From Takakia lepidozioides (Eukaryota; Plantae; Bryophyta), in assembly GCA_030704615.1 (NCBI GenBank), contig CM060731.1, positions 74,276,001-74,340,000 on the forward strand: a stretch of 64,000 bases of DNA. Reading direction: 5' to 3'. Positions 49,012 to 61,800 of the stretch are shown in pieces (position 1 is the stretch's first letter; every line of letters begins with the position of its first letter). The notes beneath the pieces are model-generated. The model did not search any database. It saw only the letters and a program-made list of their open reading frames with translations, and was not told the DNA's origin. Position numbers and translations under genes: made by a program.

Positions 49012-51846
49012 CCTCTTTTCTTTTTGTTTCCTGATCTCTCCCTCTCCCTCTATACAAGGAACTTGCTTGTATTTTTTCCAAAACCCTGGAAGGCGTGGAC
49101 TATTTCTGTCTAAACCATATTTTAAATCTCATCCATACTGGATGTAATCATGAAAATGGATGAATTCCATTAAAGAATATTCTCTGATAGCCGGGTTCTT
49201 TGGATGATTTTGGTCATGAGAACTAACCCTAATGAAAGCCAGACCCTATTTTGGATGTCATCCCTACTAGATGACATCATGATGAAATCAGGGAAATTTT
49301 TTACATCTCATTACCTGTTTTTCATCTAATTTGGATGAAATCGCGAAGGTTTGCCCTATCTCTTCCTCCGCCCTAAAACTCTGCACGATACGCGTGCGTT
49401 TTGATTCTGCTGGAGCTGAGCGATGGTGTCAGTGAATTCATTTAAACACGAAGCTTGTGAATTTGATGGCTATGGAGAAGCTTTATGGCAGCCTGCAAGT
49501 GCTCTGGCAAGATTCCAGTACTTTTCGATTCCCCTTGGGGTATGCAATGGCGGCAGAGCTTCAATTCCCTCAATGAGGTTGTCTCTTCCCTTGGCGGACA
49601 ATCTACCCTAAGCAGTGATTGTTTGTCGATATGTTCAATGGTCATTAAGATCCAGCGCCGCTCTCAAACTTTCAGGAAGTCTCTTCACCTGATAAAATGC
49701 TCGTAGAAATCAGCAAACCGTTGCTTGTTTGTGCTGTCAATTGCCGAGTTCTTGGAGCTATGTCGAATCCTCTTCCACAAACCCTTAAGGTTGTGGATAA
49801 TCTTTGCTTTGCTTTTGATCTCTTCTTGCTTTTGAACGCATGTTGTACAGCGATAACAAGCGTGAGGCCTGATATTCACCTGGGGTTCCACATCTTCACT
49901 AACTTCATTGTTTTTTTATTGCATGTGATGGGACCAGGTGAGGGCCCTCACTTAATATGATTCATGAAGCTTGCAATTGATTGAAACCTAGCAAGATGAA
50001 GTGAAGTCGACTCAAGCTGTTTCTTCAGGGAGCTGATTCAAATCTACCCCCTTATCTTGATCTTTCTGGCTATGCTTCCACCTCTTTCTGTTGAGCATCA
50101 ATGCATTAAGATGAGCTTTATTAGAACACTTATGTTCTATTAATGACTCTTACCTTTGATTTCTGCTACATTACATGATGGTGCTGGATTTGCTATTTAC
50201 AGCACAGCCTGAGCTTTTATTTTCGGTTTATGGTACTGGTAAGATGCTGGGCGTGAAGGGTATCGGGCAGCCAAGTAAGAGGACATAGGGAACACCAATC
50301 TCTTGTTTTTAGGCCATGTATGATTACTGATGCAGGCCATTTGATTTCCAGTCCTTCTTTACTTGTTTGTGACCTTGCAAGTACCCTGCTGAAGCAGATA
50401 CAGATTACCCCAAAACCTGAAACGGGCTCTAGGGTAGACTGGCTTTACTGCTATGGCATGTACCAAGCAGCACAGTAACCTGAAAGATCTTTTTGAACTC
50501 AGACAATATGTTTAGAGGGATTTTAAGACATCGGGGATTAAGCTAGTACAAGCCCTGTATATCTCTCTATACCTCCATGAATGCTTGGTGATATGGTAAA
50601 CATTTTGCTAGAATATATACTCCAGATTATGGAACATAATCAATATCTTCTGATTGTATTCCATGTTTACATATCATTTAGTAAGATCTGCAGATATACA
50701 ATGTAACCATGGGTGATGAAATTCAGCAATCTGAAGACTGGCTTCCTTGCTTTGCACAGTGGTAAAGTAGCAATATGTACAATTGTTTGCTACTTAACAC
50801 CTTGTTACCACGATGTATACAATGGGCCCAGACCTAAACCAGGTTCTGGGGCAAAAAAACAAGGTATGAGGTCATACCACTTATGAGTAAATGGTTCACA
50901 ATCTGTATGATGCTTTGATATGGCCATAAGATTACATAATAAGTGGAACTTCATTTTCAGAGTGTTCATGTAATCTTGGGGAGTGATGTTAGCAGGATAA
51001 ACAAGTTTTCCCTGCTATGAACAGTTGCTTTGTTACATCTGAAAGCATACCCAATAGTGTGATACATGATTGGGTCCCTGTTTAGACATGCATTTTAATG
51101 AAGCATATACTGATGCGGATTTTTATATAATCTCACCCCCCCACCCAGAGATTTCATGAACTATGGGATCTGTTGTATGTTAGCAGACTGGTTTATGAAT
51201 GGAGAATGATTGATAGTGCCTCATTATGAGGCTGATTTGTCGTAAAAATTGACAAAGAGCTTGTTTGGTCTTGTCCATGTCTCGACAAGACATTTTATCT
51301 TCCCTCTCTTTCGTGTTGCTCAAAAAAAAAAAAAACCACAGAGGGAAAGAGGGGGTAGAAAAAGTTAATAAGAGAGAGGGAAGATACTCATGTCATGTCA
51401 AGACATGGACAAGACCAACTAGGGTCATTGTCAATTAAAGACATAAACAGCCCCATGACAGGGCACCATCTAACATTTCCAGTCTTGTCATAACACACCA
51501 AGTGACGCCACCCATTCAGTCATGATAAAACAGGGTGGGAGGGCGGGGTATGTTCATAATCAGATTCCTGTCATGTACCCCAAGTGACCCTCTTGCACAA
51601 TATAAGTCAGATTGCAGCCTCAGATTATATCATCCATAGTTATCCATAAGATATGCACCATGCAAGATATCATGGGCATATAAGAACTTCTTGCCACATT
51701 ACAGATCCAAGATATGTATACACAAGTACCTTGAGGTGATCCAAGACAAGCATTATGCAAGGTAGGTAAGAACAGTCTGCCCTACAACACATTCAGTGAG
51801 TGTTCACACCGGTAGCAGGAAGGACCAGCCTGCAATTAATTACACT

Positions 51847-54024
51847 TCTAGCCTGCCACCAAGTACACTTCTTGGGCATGGTAAGCCATATTGCCGCTTC
51901 ACATTTGGCCAAATGTAAGCACCCCAAAGCATGCATCGTGCAAGGCCTTCTGGGTATGTAAGAACAGCCTGTCATTGTATATATTCAGGACCTGTGCACA
52001 TAGGACTCTTGCTGGCCCAGCCTGCAGTAAATCAGACTTCAAACATGCAACCAAGTGATCACTTTGGGCATGACAAGACTGACTGCGACTTCATTCTACA
52101 TCATGTACACTTGCCCCAAGATAAACATCATGTAAGGCGTTTTGGCATGGAAGAAAGGCCTGCCCTGTCACAGCATCCAGATTTGGACATACATACACTT
52201 TGAGTGCCCAAGACCAAGCCCACTTGGCCAAGATAAATCATACAATGCAGGTGGCTGTTCATATGGCAAAATAGAGTAAATAATCATTGACCAGAGTCCT
52301 TTAGAGCTTACCGTCAGTGTTTCACAGGAGGCTAATGCCATGTTTTGCAAATAGAACCTCATTATGCTCCATTCCACAACAAAACCAGGTCTGAAAAGAG
52401 GCCTGTCACTGCCTTATCAGGCTGTCTTCTTTAACAAAACTCAGGTCTCCTCATCCTTAGAGCCAAACAACTATTTATGACTTGTCCCTTACACCATCAA
52501 TCCTCTTTTAAGGCCAAAAAAAAGGGGGCAACCTAGTCTAAAAATCCTCAGGCAAAGCTGTCAAAGATTCAAGACAAGGTTCGATTCACATGCAGTGCTG
52601 CATGAGACAAGGCTGCCAGGGCAAAGTGCTCCATCAGCAGCAGCAAAAGATAAGTCAAAAGCAAACATCATCATGTCAAACCGGGAGCAAGCGGGCCGAA
52701 ATCGGGGCTGCATGCAGCAGCAGTATGTTCCTTTTGCGCACATCCTTATCTGCAAGCTCAAGAGAATTCAAAGTAGGTAGGGATCCTCACCTGGTCCCAT
52801 CACAAGCCCCCACAAAAACCAATGGGTTAGTGAGGATTGTGGAACCCCAGGTGAATCACAGACCCCTACACTTGTTATCGATGTCAACTAGGAACCCGAA
52901 AAGCAAGAGAGAAAGATATGAAGTAAGAGGAACCCTAATCGCCAAAAGCACGTTGAGCGATTGGGGAAGGTAACACTGCGCCATCGCCACCAACACGCCA
53001 CCTCCAGCACAGCTAAGGAGAAGCGAAGAATACAAATGCTAGGTCTAAGAAGGGAGAGGGAGCGATATACTTCCCCACCAAAGCGCCACTGCGAAACATA
53101 AAAGCCGGAGGAGGGAAAGGGACGATGCCATCACAGCAGGTTCTCCCGCCTGTGTGTAGAGACAAGATGCCGCCATTGCGCATCCCCAGGAGCTCGTCCG
53201 GCATGAAGCAGCAGACAGGGTAGCAGCAGAGCTCCGATGCCATAACTCGCGAGCTCAGCAGCACGAGGAATGCAGCTGACAGCGGGAGAGACACCCTAGG
53301 GCAGAGCCCGATTTTTCATCCGGAGGATGAATAATCAATACCCTTTCTCTTAAAAACCCGACGGATGTCATCCGTTAGCTAGGTTTAACCAGTAGATTAT
53401 AGGGTAGGAGTTAGGGTTTCACTCCTTAATTAACAATAATTAAGGGTAATTAAGAAAATCTCCATGGCCATCATAAGCTGTTTTTTTCATCCGGTCCAAA
53501 TGAAAAAATAAATAGGTTCATTTGTTTGGATGAGGTCCATCAGCAAGATGAAAAATTAGTATCCATCATCCAGGGCAGCGGTTTTTCATCCTAACAGGTA
53601 ATTCGTCATCCCTTAAGAGAAAGCCTCATCCAGTACGGAAAAAAAGCATAAAGGGGAATAAAACGAATTCAAATCCTGGTATTTTTCATCCGGCATGGAT
53701 GGAAAAATTATAGATAGGATGCCAATGTCATAACCCTTATGGAGGTAATTCCTCATTCTCTGGTGACTCATCTGATATAGATGAAAGTCAATAAAAGAGG
53801 AATGAAAAATTATAGGTCTTTTTTAAAGGTACTTTAGTGTCCACCCAAGTGATTCTTCCGGTATGGATAGAAAACCTTTACAAGTCGGGTGAAAACACCT
53901 TTTTGAGTCCATCTGTATAGATGGAAGATCATGAGAAGAACACTGATGCAACCGGCCAGTTCCGAGGAGGGATACAGAGGGAGAGAGGGGGCAACAATGA
54001 AAAAAAATGGGTTGGGGGGGGGGA
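51847..54024 (+). repeat. Copy 2 of the ~2.2 kb direct repeat
   Basis: Near-identical to 46771-48965, ending in the G-run of a truncated palindrome. Confidence 0.95.
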
Positions 54025-55380
54025 GGTCAGATGGTGGGGTCAGCTGCAGCATATGTCCAACACCATATATCCTAAGTTAATCGACTCTATATCTTGGAAA
54101 CAGGACCGCCCACCGACCTGTCAAACAGGCTAAGTCCTGGCAGAAGACAGTATAAGATATTCTCAAGGACCTGGACCTGGAACCGCAAGTCTTCACCCTG
54201 CTGGATAAATCTGACTTAGAGGCTGTAGTGTCCAACCATGTCTGTTGCCATGAGATTGTCTGATGAAAATGAAGTTAGGCAAAAAACTTCCCTGAACTTG
54301 TTTCCAGTCAGTGACATGGGGGAGGACATCTTGGATGACCTCAAGGGTCTACCCACTCTCGGCACTAGACTGAAATTTAAACTCAGGGCAGGAAGCCTAC
54401 CTTTGAACATCAAACAGAAGCAGAGAGGAAAGGGAGAGTGCAATTGCCCGTTGTGTGGGCGCGTCGATGGGGAGGCAAATGATTTATTCGTCTGTTGTGT
54501 CTCCGCACATGTGCAATCTGAAGACAATACTCATTTTCTCATACATTGTTCCGGGTTCTCTCACCAAAGAGACGCTCTCTTCAAATCTTTCAAGGGAATT
54601 GTGCATGTACCTCTGTTTACTAACTTTGAAAAAGTCGAGGCTGAACCAAAAGCCCAGCCCCTTCTGAGGCCTAGTTTTTGGGCATCTCACACACAGCAGA
54701 TTGATGCTTGTGTGAAGGGATTTGTAGAGGATATCTGGAAAACCCGGATTAATTCTTTATGTGAAGGTAAGTCTTACTACCAACGTCAGCCCCTGACAGA
54801 GGTAGGATCTGTCCCTTTTGTTTCCCCAAAAGAGGGAGCAACAAAGAAAAACAGAGAATGTGGGGGGGGGGGGGGGGGGGGAGTGACTGAGCAGCAACAG
54901 CTGCTCAGTCACTCCCCCCCCCCACCTTCTTTTCTTTTCTTGTTGCCCTTGATGTCTCCCTCTCACTCCCTCCCTCTCTCTCCCTCTCTCTCCCTCTCTT
55001 CTGTGCTGCTCTCTTTTAAGCTCCCGACGAGATAAATTCAAGGTCAGATGGTGGGTTCAGCTGCAACATATGTCCAACACCAGATATCTTAAGTTAATCG
55101 ACTCTATATCTTGAAAACAGGACCGCCCACCGACCTGTCAAACAGGCTAAGTCCTGGTAGAAGACAGTAGAAGAGATTCTCAAGGACCTGGACCTAGACC
55201 TGGAACCGCAAGTCTTCACCCTGCTGGATAAATCTAACTTAGAGGCTGTAGTGTCCAACCATGTCTGTGGGCAACCTGAAGACATTATTCATTTTCTGAT
55301 ACACTGTCCGGGGTTCTCTCACCAAAGAGACGCTCTCTTCAAATCTATCAAGGGAATTGTGCATGTACCTCTGTTTACCA
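54025..55380 (+). mobile_element. Non-LTR retrotransposon ORF2 C-terminal (zinc-finger) fragments, locally duplicated
   Basis: TRLKFKLRAGSLPLN...CPLC...THFLIHC...IWKTR. Segments about 54025-54245 and 54520-54620 are repeated at about 55043-55378. Confidence 0.75.
54861..54926. repeat. G-run/C-run flanked palindrome, copy 2
   Basis: G20-agtgactgagcag-caacag-ctgctcagtcact-C10. Confidence 0.9.
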
Positions 55381-56990
55381 CACTAGAAGAAAAACGTGGA
55401 ATAACCACTGGCCCTTTAACCACTACTGTCTTTTTCCACTCTATAAACCACTAGTAACCACTTGTCAGTGGTTAATCCCAATGAAATGCCACGGTTGCAT
55501 CACAGACAGTGGTTGGAAGTGGTTTCAACCACTCAGTAGTCCACGTGTAATAATTTGTTTTTATTTATTTATTTATTATTTGCTAATATATTTTAATTAA
55601 TTAGTATAATATTCCACGTGGACGAGTGTAGTGGTACATTGTGAGTGGTTATAGACACCTCAGTGATGGGAAGTGGTTGAAACCACTTCCTACTCCATGT
55701 GTAATAATTCAAATTTTATTTGTGATTTATTATTTGGAAATATATTTTAGTTCATAAATATAATATTCCACGTGGACGGGGACAGTGCACGTTGATCTTG
55801 AGTGGTTAAAGACACCTCATTGATTTGTACCACTTTGATAGTGGTGGAGAGTGGGTGGTGAAAGATACTGCAGTAATTGGAACCACTATGCTAGTGGTTG
55901 CTCATGAGTGGTTGCCTACACAACAGTGATTGGTACCACTTTTTGGGTGATACATGAAAAACTTTAAGTGGTTTGTGCAGTTGTGACAGACTTTGAAAAA
56001 CAGACAAGTGGCCAGACCATTGTGGGATGATGCTATTGAACAAATGGTTCCAACAATAAACTTTATTTTGAATCTGAAACATATTCGTCACCCTCTGAAT
56101 CACTTTGCTCAACTGGAATAGCGGTTGGTTGCACAAATGCCGCTTGAATGGTAGCCAACATAGCTAGGTCTTCTTTATTTAGAGCCGTGGGACCATCTAA
56201 TGACCTAGGTATTGACTGATTTGATAAGGTAGACGTCGATTGGCACGCCACTCATCACCACATGCCTCTTTGTCTGCTGTGAACTGTGCCTTCTCTGTTG
56301 CATACTTTTTGTCACAAAATGGCAACAAGAATGACACATGTTAGCAATGAAGTATTGCATTACTTAGCAAAAAATACCTAGCATGAATGATACTTTGAAA
56401 ACCACTGTTTCAAACCACTGGAGGAGTGAGCAGAATGACTTGTAAATTCTCATGCTCTTCCAACAAGTCACTCACTCAGACATTCCGTTACTACAAGATT
56501 GGTTATAATCAGGATGAACCACTGACATTTGTGACTTTGTGGGTGGTTATATTACATTGGTGACAGTCAGAATTGAAATTGAACTTGATATGAATAAGGT
56601 GCAATGAAAAGAAGTACTCACTGCGCCCAAGGAGCCATGACATTGGTATTGTTCAGCACATATAAATGTGCTGCATCTCTCCCAACTCCAGTCATGTCCC
56701 GCTTTTTGCCGACACCTTCGAAGACCTCGTCCTCAACCCCTTCCTCCGCATTTGCACCCCAAGTCCGCTGTTGAGTTGCATCAAATGATTGCATATACTC
56801 AGTCATGAACCCCATGGCCTCATCCAGAACATACCCTACAGCCGTACTCCCTTCTGGCTTTGTGTAATTCCTAACGTATCCCTTAAGATCTTTCATGTAA
56901 CGCTCCATGGGATACATCCACCGTGAAGACACTGGATGGACAGTTTTGTTCATCTCCATGGAATACATCTATGTGCTCACTTGTAACCAC
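55381..56990 (-). mobile_element. CACTA transposon end with DUF4218-like transposase fragment (56618-56968)
   Basis: CACTAGAAGAAAAA at 55381, many accact/agtggt subterminal repeats, and PVSSRWMYPMERYMKDLKGYVRN..KPEGS.A.GY. Confidence 0.85.
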
Positions 56991-57419
56991 TAAAATATTT
57001 ATTAAAAAAAAAAATCAAAGTGCAAAAGATTTTTAAAAAGCACATCGGTTGGTAAGTGCAGAGTGTGTCGCCCTGGTGGTTCAGGGTTCAAACCCGCTGC
57101 ATTACTCCATGTGTGGAATTGTTTGTGACGACGGTATGTCTAGGCGTTGATCCTCTTGTAGGTCTCATGGCCCATAAATGAAAGGGGGTTAATTTGTCCC
57201 CCTCCTCAAGGGCCTGAGGTTTCATTTAAAATTTATTAAAAAATATTTTAAAAAAATTGCTTATAGGGTTTGTGAAAAGGTTAAAAAACTTAAAAAGTTG
57301 CCCATCACGTATGTACAATATATACATACTTTTGGGGGGAAATTTCAAATGTGTGCAAGTAGCGTACTGGTAAGGGCTCTTCATACGTGTCGCGGGGTCG
57401 CGGGTACAAACTTCTCGCG

Positions 57420-58121
57420 TTGTTTTTTTCCCCCTCATGCACTAAGCCCCACTAAGCCCCATTAAGCCCGATCGTTGTTGTGCACACTAAGTCCTCGTGC
57501 AGGTTGGTCTTAGCAGGTCGCGTTTCAATCTCTGCTCGTTCAGCTGCACCGTGGTGGTTCTCATGGACAATCCGACATTACCTAACTACAGACACAAGCA
57601 GCACACACAAGAGGTCCGTTTGGGTTCATGGTCTGTCAAATCCTCCATGGGTCATGACACAAGGTCGACGACAATGTGGTTAGGGCACCTTCTTCTTCGA
57701 CCTATTTCAGCTTGTTTTGCCCTCTCATCAGCCTCGGCCCTGGATTTGCAGCACGGAGCAAAGCTCGCATGAGTTTTTTACGATCCTTCATGATGGTGGG
57801 ACAATCGCAATCGCAAGGTGTGGCTTTTTCTTAATGTAGGATGTGAAGAAGTTTGTCCATCCTGCAAATGTGGGCTTTTGGCTCCTGTTAGTACCATGAT
57901 TTGGTATTCTTCCTGATGTTTATAAGGTTCTTGGAAGAGTCAGCTTGGTCTTAGCAGGTCGTGTTTCAATCTCTGCTCGCTTAGCTGCACCATGGTGGTT
58001 CTCATGGACCAATGCGATGTTTTTTTTTCCCCTCAAGCACTAAGCCCCACTAAGCCCTATCGCTGTTGCACACTTAAGTCCTCGCTGATGTTTACAAGGT
58101 TCTTGGGAGAGTCAGCTTGGT
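57420..58121 (+). repeat. Scrambled unclassified repeat (same family as 2692-3080) with cactaagccc tandem units
   Basis: Blocks at about 57420-57575 recur at 57940-58120. Confidence 0.7.
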
Positions 58122-58561
58122 CCAGGGTATGCACGGCAGGGACGTGGGATGGACGCTTTGGAGACCTATGAGCAAATGATGGGGGAAGCACATCGTGTTT
58201 ATTTGTGCATTTGTAATGCTTGTGCAAGCCTGGCAGCCCTGGAGAAGGGCAAGAGGTGCATGGGGATATCATCAAAGTTGGAATTGTGCCAAATGTCAAT
58301 CTGAACACTGCCCTGGCAGCTTTGGAAAAGGGGAAAGAGGTCCATGGCATCATCTTCAGAGCTGGAATTGTATCAGATGTCATTATGAACAATACCCTGG
58401 TGAACATGTTTGCAAAATGTGGGTGCATCTAGGATGCAAAGGGAGTGTTTGACACTATGGCTGAACGAGATGTGGTGTCGTGGAGTGCGATGCTTGCAGG
58501 GTATGCACGGAAGGGATGTGGGATGGAGGCTTTGGAGACCTATGAGCAAAGGATGGGGGAA
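58122..58561 (+). pseudogene. PLS PPR tandem unit (left flank of the TIR element)
   Basis: ALEKGKEVH..IIKVGIVPNVNLNTALAALEKGKEVH...NMFAKCGCI*. Near-identical to 63593-63970. Confidence 0.88.
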
Positions 58562-58884
58562 CCTGGGGGGTGCACTCCTCATTAAATGTACCAGCCACGT
58601 GCGTGCACAGGAGGGGGTATTTTAAACCCCCCCATGTACAACATTATACATATAAAGGGGGGTTTAAAACACCTTAAATATAATATTACAGGAGGGGGTA
58701 GTGTAGTGGTAAGAACGACGATTAGGCTGCGATGCACCGCGGGATCAATTCCTTTTGTTTGGTTTTCTTTTTCTTTTCTTTTTTTCTTTCTCCCCGCGAT
58801 CTTTCTCCCCTTCCCTGGCTTTCTCTTTTCCCTCTCCTCCTCTCATCTCCTCTCCCGCGTTCAAGATGAACAAGATGTGGCATC

Positions 58885-61800
58885 GTGCAAGCCTGGCAGT
58901 CCTAGAAAAGGGCAAAGAGGTGCATGGGGATATCGTCAAAGCTGGAATTGTACCAAATGTCATTCTAAACACTGCCCTGGCAACTCTGGAAAAGGGGAAA
59001 GATGTCCATGGCGACATCTTCAAAGCTGGAATTGTACCAGCTGTCATTCTGAACAATACCCTGGTGGACATGTTTGCAAAATGTGGGTGCATCTTGGCGA
59101 ACAGCCGTGCAAGGATCTGTTCGTGGTGTAAGTGAAGAGGGTCGCTCTCAGATGGGAGTGTACACCGGAAATGTATCAGAAAATGTTTAGTCTTCAGGCT
59201 TCCCGCACGTCGGGCATTGACAGGCTACCTCTCATCTCTGCATCTGTTTGTTTGTTCAAAGGTACACTCCCCGACCTGCATTTCAATTTCAGTCTATTGC
59301 CAAGAGTAGAGAGAGCGAAACGTACTCATACGACGTTTGCCATTGCATTGTGGCCATTTACCCAGTCCGTGCCCAGTTTGGGCGGAACAGGGAGAGGTGT
59401 GTGTGAGGGAGAAAGTACTCATGATAGCCTTGTGGCCATAGACCCTGCACCCAGATTGGGCAGAACAAAGAGGAGGAGAGAGAGAGTCATGACACTGGTT
59501 GCTAAAACCTTGCCAGCCCTAGACCCCGCCCCAAAGCAGAAGATGGACATGGCGAGGAGGAAACAACAAGTAGGACTGCGAAACCACTTCAATCCATGCC
59601 CCATCAAAGGGACCTATCTTCATTTACAAAGTCAAAGGGAGTGTTCGACACTATGGCTGAACGAGGTGTGGTGTCGTGGAGTGCGGTGCTTGCAGGGTAT
59701 GCATAGCAGGGACGTGGGATGGAGGCTTTGGAGACCTATGAGCAAATGATGTGCGACGGGGTGAAGCCCGACCACATCACGTTTGTTGCGTTTGCAGTGC
59801 GTGTGCAAGCCTGGCGGCCCTGGAAAAGGGCAAAGAGGTGCATGTCGACATCGTCAGAGCTGGAATTGTACCAAATGTGATCCTGAACACTGCCCTAGTG
59901 GACGTGTATGCCAAATGTGGGTGCATGGAGGATGCAAAGGGAGTGTTCGACAATATTGCCTAATGAGATGTGGTGTCGTGGAATGCAATGATCGCAGGAT
60001 ATGCACAGCATGGTTGTCATAGGGAGGTCCTGCAACTATTGCAAAAGAACGGCTTGAAGCAGTTGTGTTCTCTCTGCATGCAGCCACACTGGCCTTCTGA
60101 ATGAAGGAAGACGCTACTTCGATTCCCTGATTCAAGATCATGGTGTCACTCCGACAGTATAGCACTTTGGCTGCATGGTGGACCTTCTTGGACGTGCGGG
60201 ACAACTGGATGAGGCAGTGGACCTGAACGTGCGGCAACATCTATCCTCAAGTGGAATGAACAGGATGCCGCGACTTAGTTGCTATCAAACATCTACGCTG
60301 TAGCTGGCAGGTGGGTTGATACTGTAAAGGTGAGAAGAATGATGAAGGTCAGAGGGGTTGAAAAGGAGCCAGGTCGCTGCTGCATTGAGGTTTGCAACAG
60401 GGTGCACACCTTCGTTGTAGATGACAAGTTGCATCCCAAAATTAAGGAAATCCATGCTGAGCTGAGAGGATTGTTGGGAAGATGAAGGTGATTTGCCAGG
60501 AGCCGTTTTCCACATTATCTATGATTACCTACAAGAAACCTGCATGGATAGATGGTCAAGTGGAAGCTGCAGCAGCAGCGGCACAATTGATAAAATCAAG
60601 CGTTGCTAATGAAGGCACCTTCTTCAACACATTTCACCCTGTTTTTCCCTCTTATCAGAATCGGCCCTAAATATCCATATTGAATTCTGCAAGTTAACTG
60701 GTTGAGTGAATCTTTGATAGTTTGGAGTGACTTTGACATGATACTCCCAACTGACAACAGGAAAGTACCCTAAAAGAGGTAACAGAGATGAGGAGAAGCT
60801 GTGGAATGAATACTTTTCTGACCCCAGTCAATGGTGGGACAACCGAGGCAAAAAGGTGAATGCAAAAAGGTGAATGCCTGTCAGATTACATGTCATTCTG
60901 AACACTATGGCTGAATGAGATGCGGTGTCATGGATTGTGATGTTTGCAGGGTATGCACAGCAGGGGGTGCGGGATGGAGGCTTTGGAGACCTATGAGCAA
61001 ATGATGGGGGAAGGGGTGAAGCCGCCCACATAACGTTTGTGTGCATTTGCAATGCGTCTGGCAGCCCTGGAAAAGGGCAGGGCAAAGAGATCCCTGGTGA
61101 CATCATCAAATCTGTAATTGTACCAGATGACATCCTAAACATTGCTCTGATGGCCATGTATGCCAAATGTGGGAGCATTGAGGATGCCAAGGGAGTATTC
61201 AACACTATGACTGAATGAGATGTGGTGTCGTGGAACGCGATGCTTGCAGGGTGTGCAGAGCAGGAGCGCGAGATGGGGCTTTGGAGACCTGAAAGCAGAT
61301 GATGGGGGAAGGGGTGAAGCTCAACCACATCATGTTTGTGTGCTTTGCAGTGCGTGTGCAAGCCTGCAGCCATGGAAAAGGGCAAAGAGGTGCATGGTTG
61401 CATCACCAAAGCTGGAATTGTACCGGATGTGATTATGAACAATACCCTTGTGGACATGTATGCCATTGTGGGAGCATTGAGGATGCGGAGGGAGTGTTCA
61501 ACACTATGGCTGAACGAGGTGGTGTCGAGGAACACGATTCATCCAAGAGCTCAATTTTAAACACAAGATTACTTTTGATTCCCTGCGGATCAATAGCTAC
61601 AAGAAAGCTGCGTGGGTAGATGGTCAGCTGGAAACAGCAGCGGCAGCAGTGCATTTGATAGAACAAGGCGATGCTAATGAAGGTACCTTCTTCAACACAT
61701 TTCAGCCTGTTTTTCCCTGTTATCAAAGTTTTTCCCTATTTTTTCCCGAATGAGCATGGATAGAGTGTGGGTCCAGATTCATCCAAGAGGGCTGGACTTC

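Noticed and set aside
46771-54024. The 2.2 kb direct repeats as the LTR pair of a retrotransposon
   Set aside because: No TG..CA ends, PBS, PPT, TSD or gag/pol sequence between them.
57038-57100. tRNA or tRNA-derived SINE (gggttcaaaccc B-box-like)
   Set aside because: No convincing acceptor stem, cloverleaf, A box or tail.
60530-60570. KKPAWIDGQ as the KP box of a U-to-C DYW:KP domain
   Set aside because: Not followed by the VHxF or deaminase sequence. The real domain here has a PG box and HxE as HNE, not HAE.
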